Shown piece after piece: positions 62,641 to 64,000 of a DNA stretch of 64,000 nucleotides. The translations under genes were made by a program, and so were the position numbers. Location: positions 496,001 to 560,000 of the forward strand of contig CP089280.1 in NCBI GenBank assembly GCA_023920165.1. The letters run 5' to 3'. The DNA comes from Curvularia clavata. Its lineage: Eukaryota. The notes under the pieces are model-generated. The model ran no database searches and had not been told where the DNA came from. It saw nothing but the letters and a program-made list of their open reading frames with translations. Position 1 is the first letter of the stretch. Each line of letters begins with the position of its first letter.

Positions 62641-64000
62641 TAAATAATCCGGCTCTACCCTAGTTTATATACTACATAATCTTGTCCTACCCTAATGTAT
62701 ATGCTAAGTAACCCAGCTCTACCCTTAACCTACTGCGGGTGCACCCAACCCATTTACCAGCCTACATTGGAATCGCCTCTTGTGTTATCTCTTTGCCAAG
62801 CTCCATTCTGTTATCTCGACACTCATGCAGTTTATCAACATTTAGTCGGCATAAAATGTCTACATGAATCCATAGACTTAGGCACTCGCGAAATTGCTTT
62901 TGGGCACGTCCATTTACTTGAGTACATGTCATAGGCAAGCCGAGTTTGCAATAAGAATAATGATATCGGTTTCTCGAACGCCAGGAGACCCAAGTCCAAA
63001 GCACCTTTTTCCTGTCACTACGAATTGATGCGACCCAAGCTCGAAAACTTTGGTTCAGATCGCTAGCCAGAGTCTTTACTATTGACTTCAAGCTATGCGT
63101 TTCGCACAAGCAGCTTTTTAAGCACCATCTCCAGCTTTTAAGTGGAGCAATAGAATTACTCGCTACTTCTAGAGACGAAGAGTTCGCTCGATTCGTCTCG
63201 GAAGCGCTCTTGCTTGAAGACGCTGGGCGAGATCCTTCTTCACGCAAGCATCAGCCATAATGCAGACAAGGGCAACCTCACTGTTGCCGCAGCGACAAAG
63301 CGTAAGCTGTTCTTGACGTTACTTACGAAGTGGAGTCCAACACTGCTAGGTTAAGCAGCTGAACGAACATCTGAGGCTCTGGAGGTCGTTTGTTATCAAG
63401 TTGCACATGCGCACCAAACGCACAACAGTCTCTATGCGATCAACTGAATGACTACCAAAGGCCGTCGGAATTTAAAGTTACAGATACGCCGCTAAATATA
63501 GTCGACAGCGGTTGCTTCACGGGGGGCCGAGGCGCAATCCAGATGTGGGCTGCGGCTAAGTCCCAGCTTGAAACCCCGCTACCCGTGCAGTAGGCTGACC
63601 GATCTTCCAGTGTCCCAGCCTCTCAACTGGTATTGGTCCGACGGGCGTAGCCTTGCGACTGCACGCAAGTAATAGGGGGCCTGATTATGTTCCTTCGGCG
63701 CGCTCGTAGCATGCACTACAATGTGAACCGTCAGCCTGGTCGACATCTTCTCGACTTTTCTCAAACCCTCGCTGCCACACTGGGAAAGACTCGTCGCCGT
63801 CATGCATCGAGCACCCACGAGGTACCGAAGAATTGACGAAAGAAATTCTAGAGAGTACGCTGACGACATCGAACTTTTGGGGCATAGGTGAGACGGCCAT
63901 CAAATTTGGCGTTGAGATGGCATTGCTAACCGATCGTAGAAGCGACAACAAAAGCAATGTTGGTGCTGATTGTGCTTTGGAGCAGGTCGCAACCATCGAA

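Noticed and set aside
62695..63996. Terminal short ORFs as confident genes
   Set aside because: No recognisable domains or consistent exon structure

Overview
Eukaryotic, filamentous-ascomycete-type repeat block with strong RIP-like C>T/G>A erosion. It is built almost entirely of nested transposons: two Ty3/Gypsy families, two subfamilies of a two-intron DD34E Tc1-like element with long TIRs, four Fot1/Pot2 (pogo-like) families and a short A-tailed repeat. A GC-rich, unmutated tandem chromovirus (LTR-internal-LTR-internal-LTR, 12278-26398) sits inside a decayed copy of its own family. Main points: (1) both Gypsy families carry an antisense accessory gene between pol and the 3' LTR, encoding a Zn-cluster-like Cys motif plus a coiled-coil-like region (spliced and intact in family 1; reconstructable as a full Zn2Cys6 spacing in RIP-decayed family 2). 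(2) Three split target-site duplications reveal a ~19-23 kb inversion between two inverted Tc1 copies. (3) The chromovirus has a self-priming-type PBS and a -1 frameshift signal. (4) Some Tc1 hosts stayed open while younger inserts inside them were heavily mutated. GC-balanced, apparently unique sequence begins at ~62640. All comparisons were made by eye; no database searches were run.
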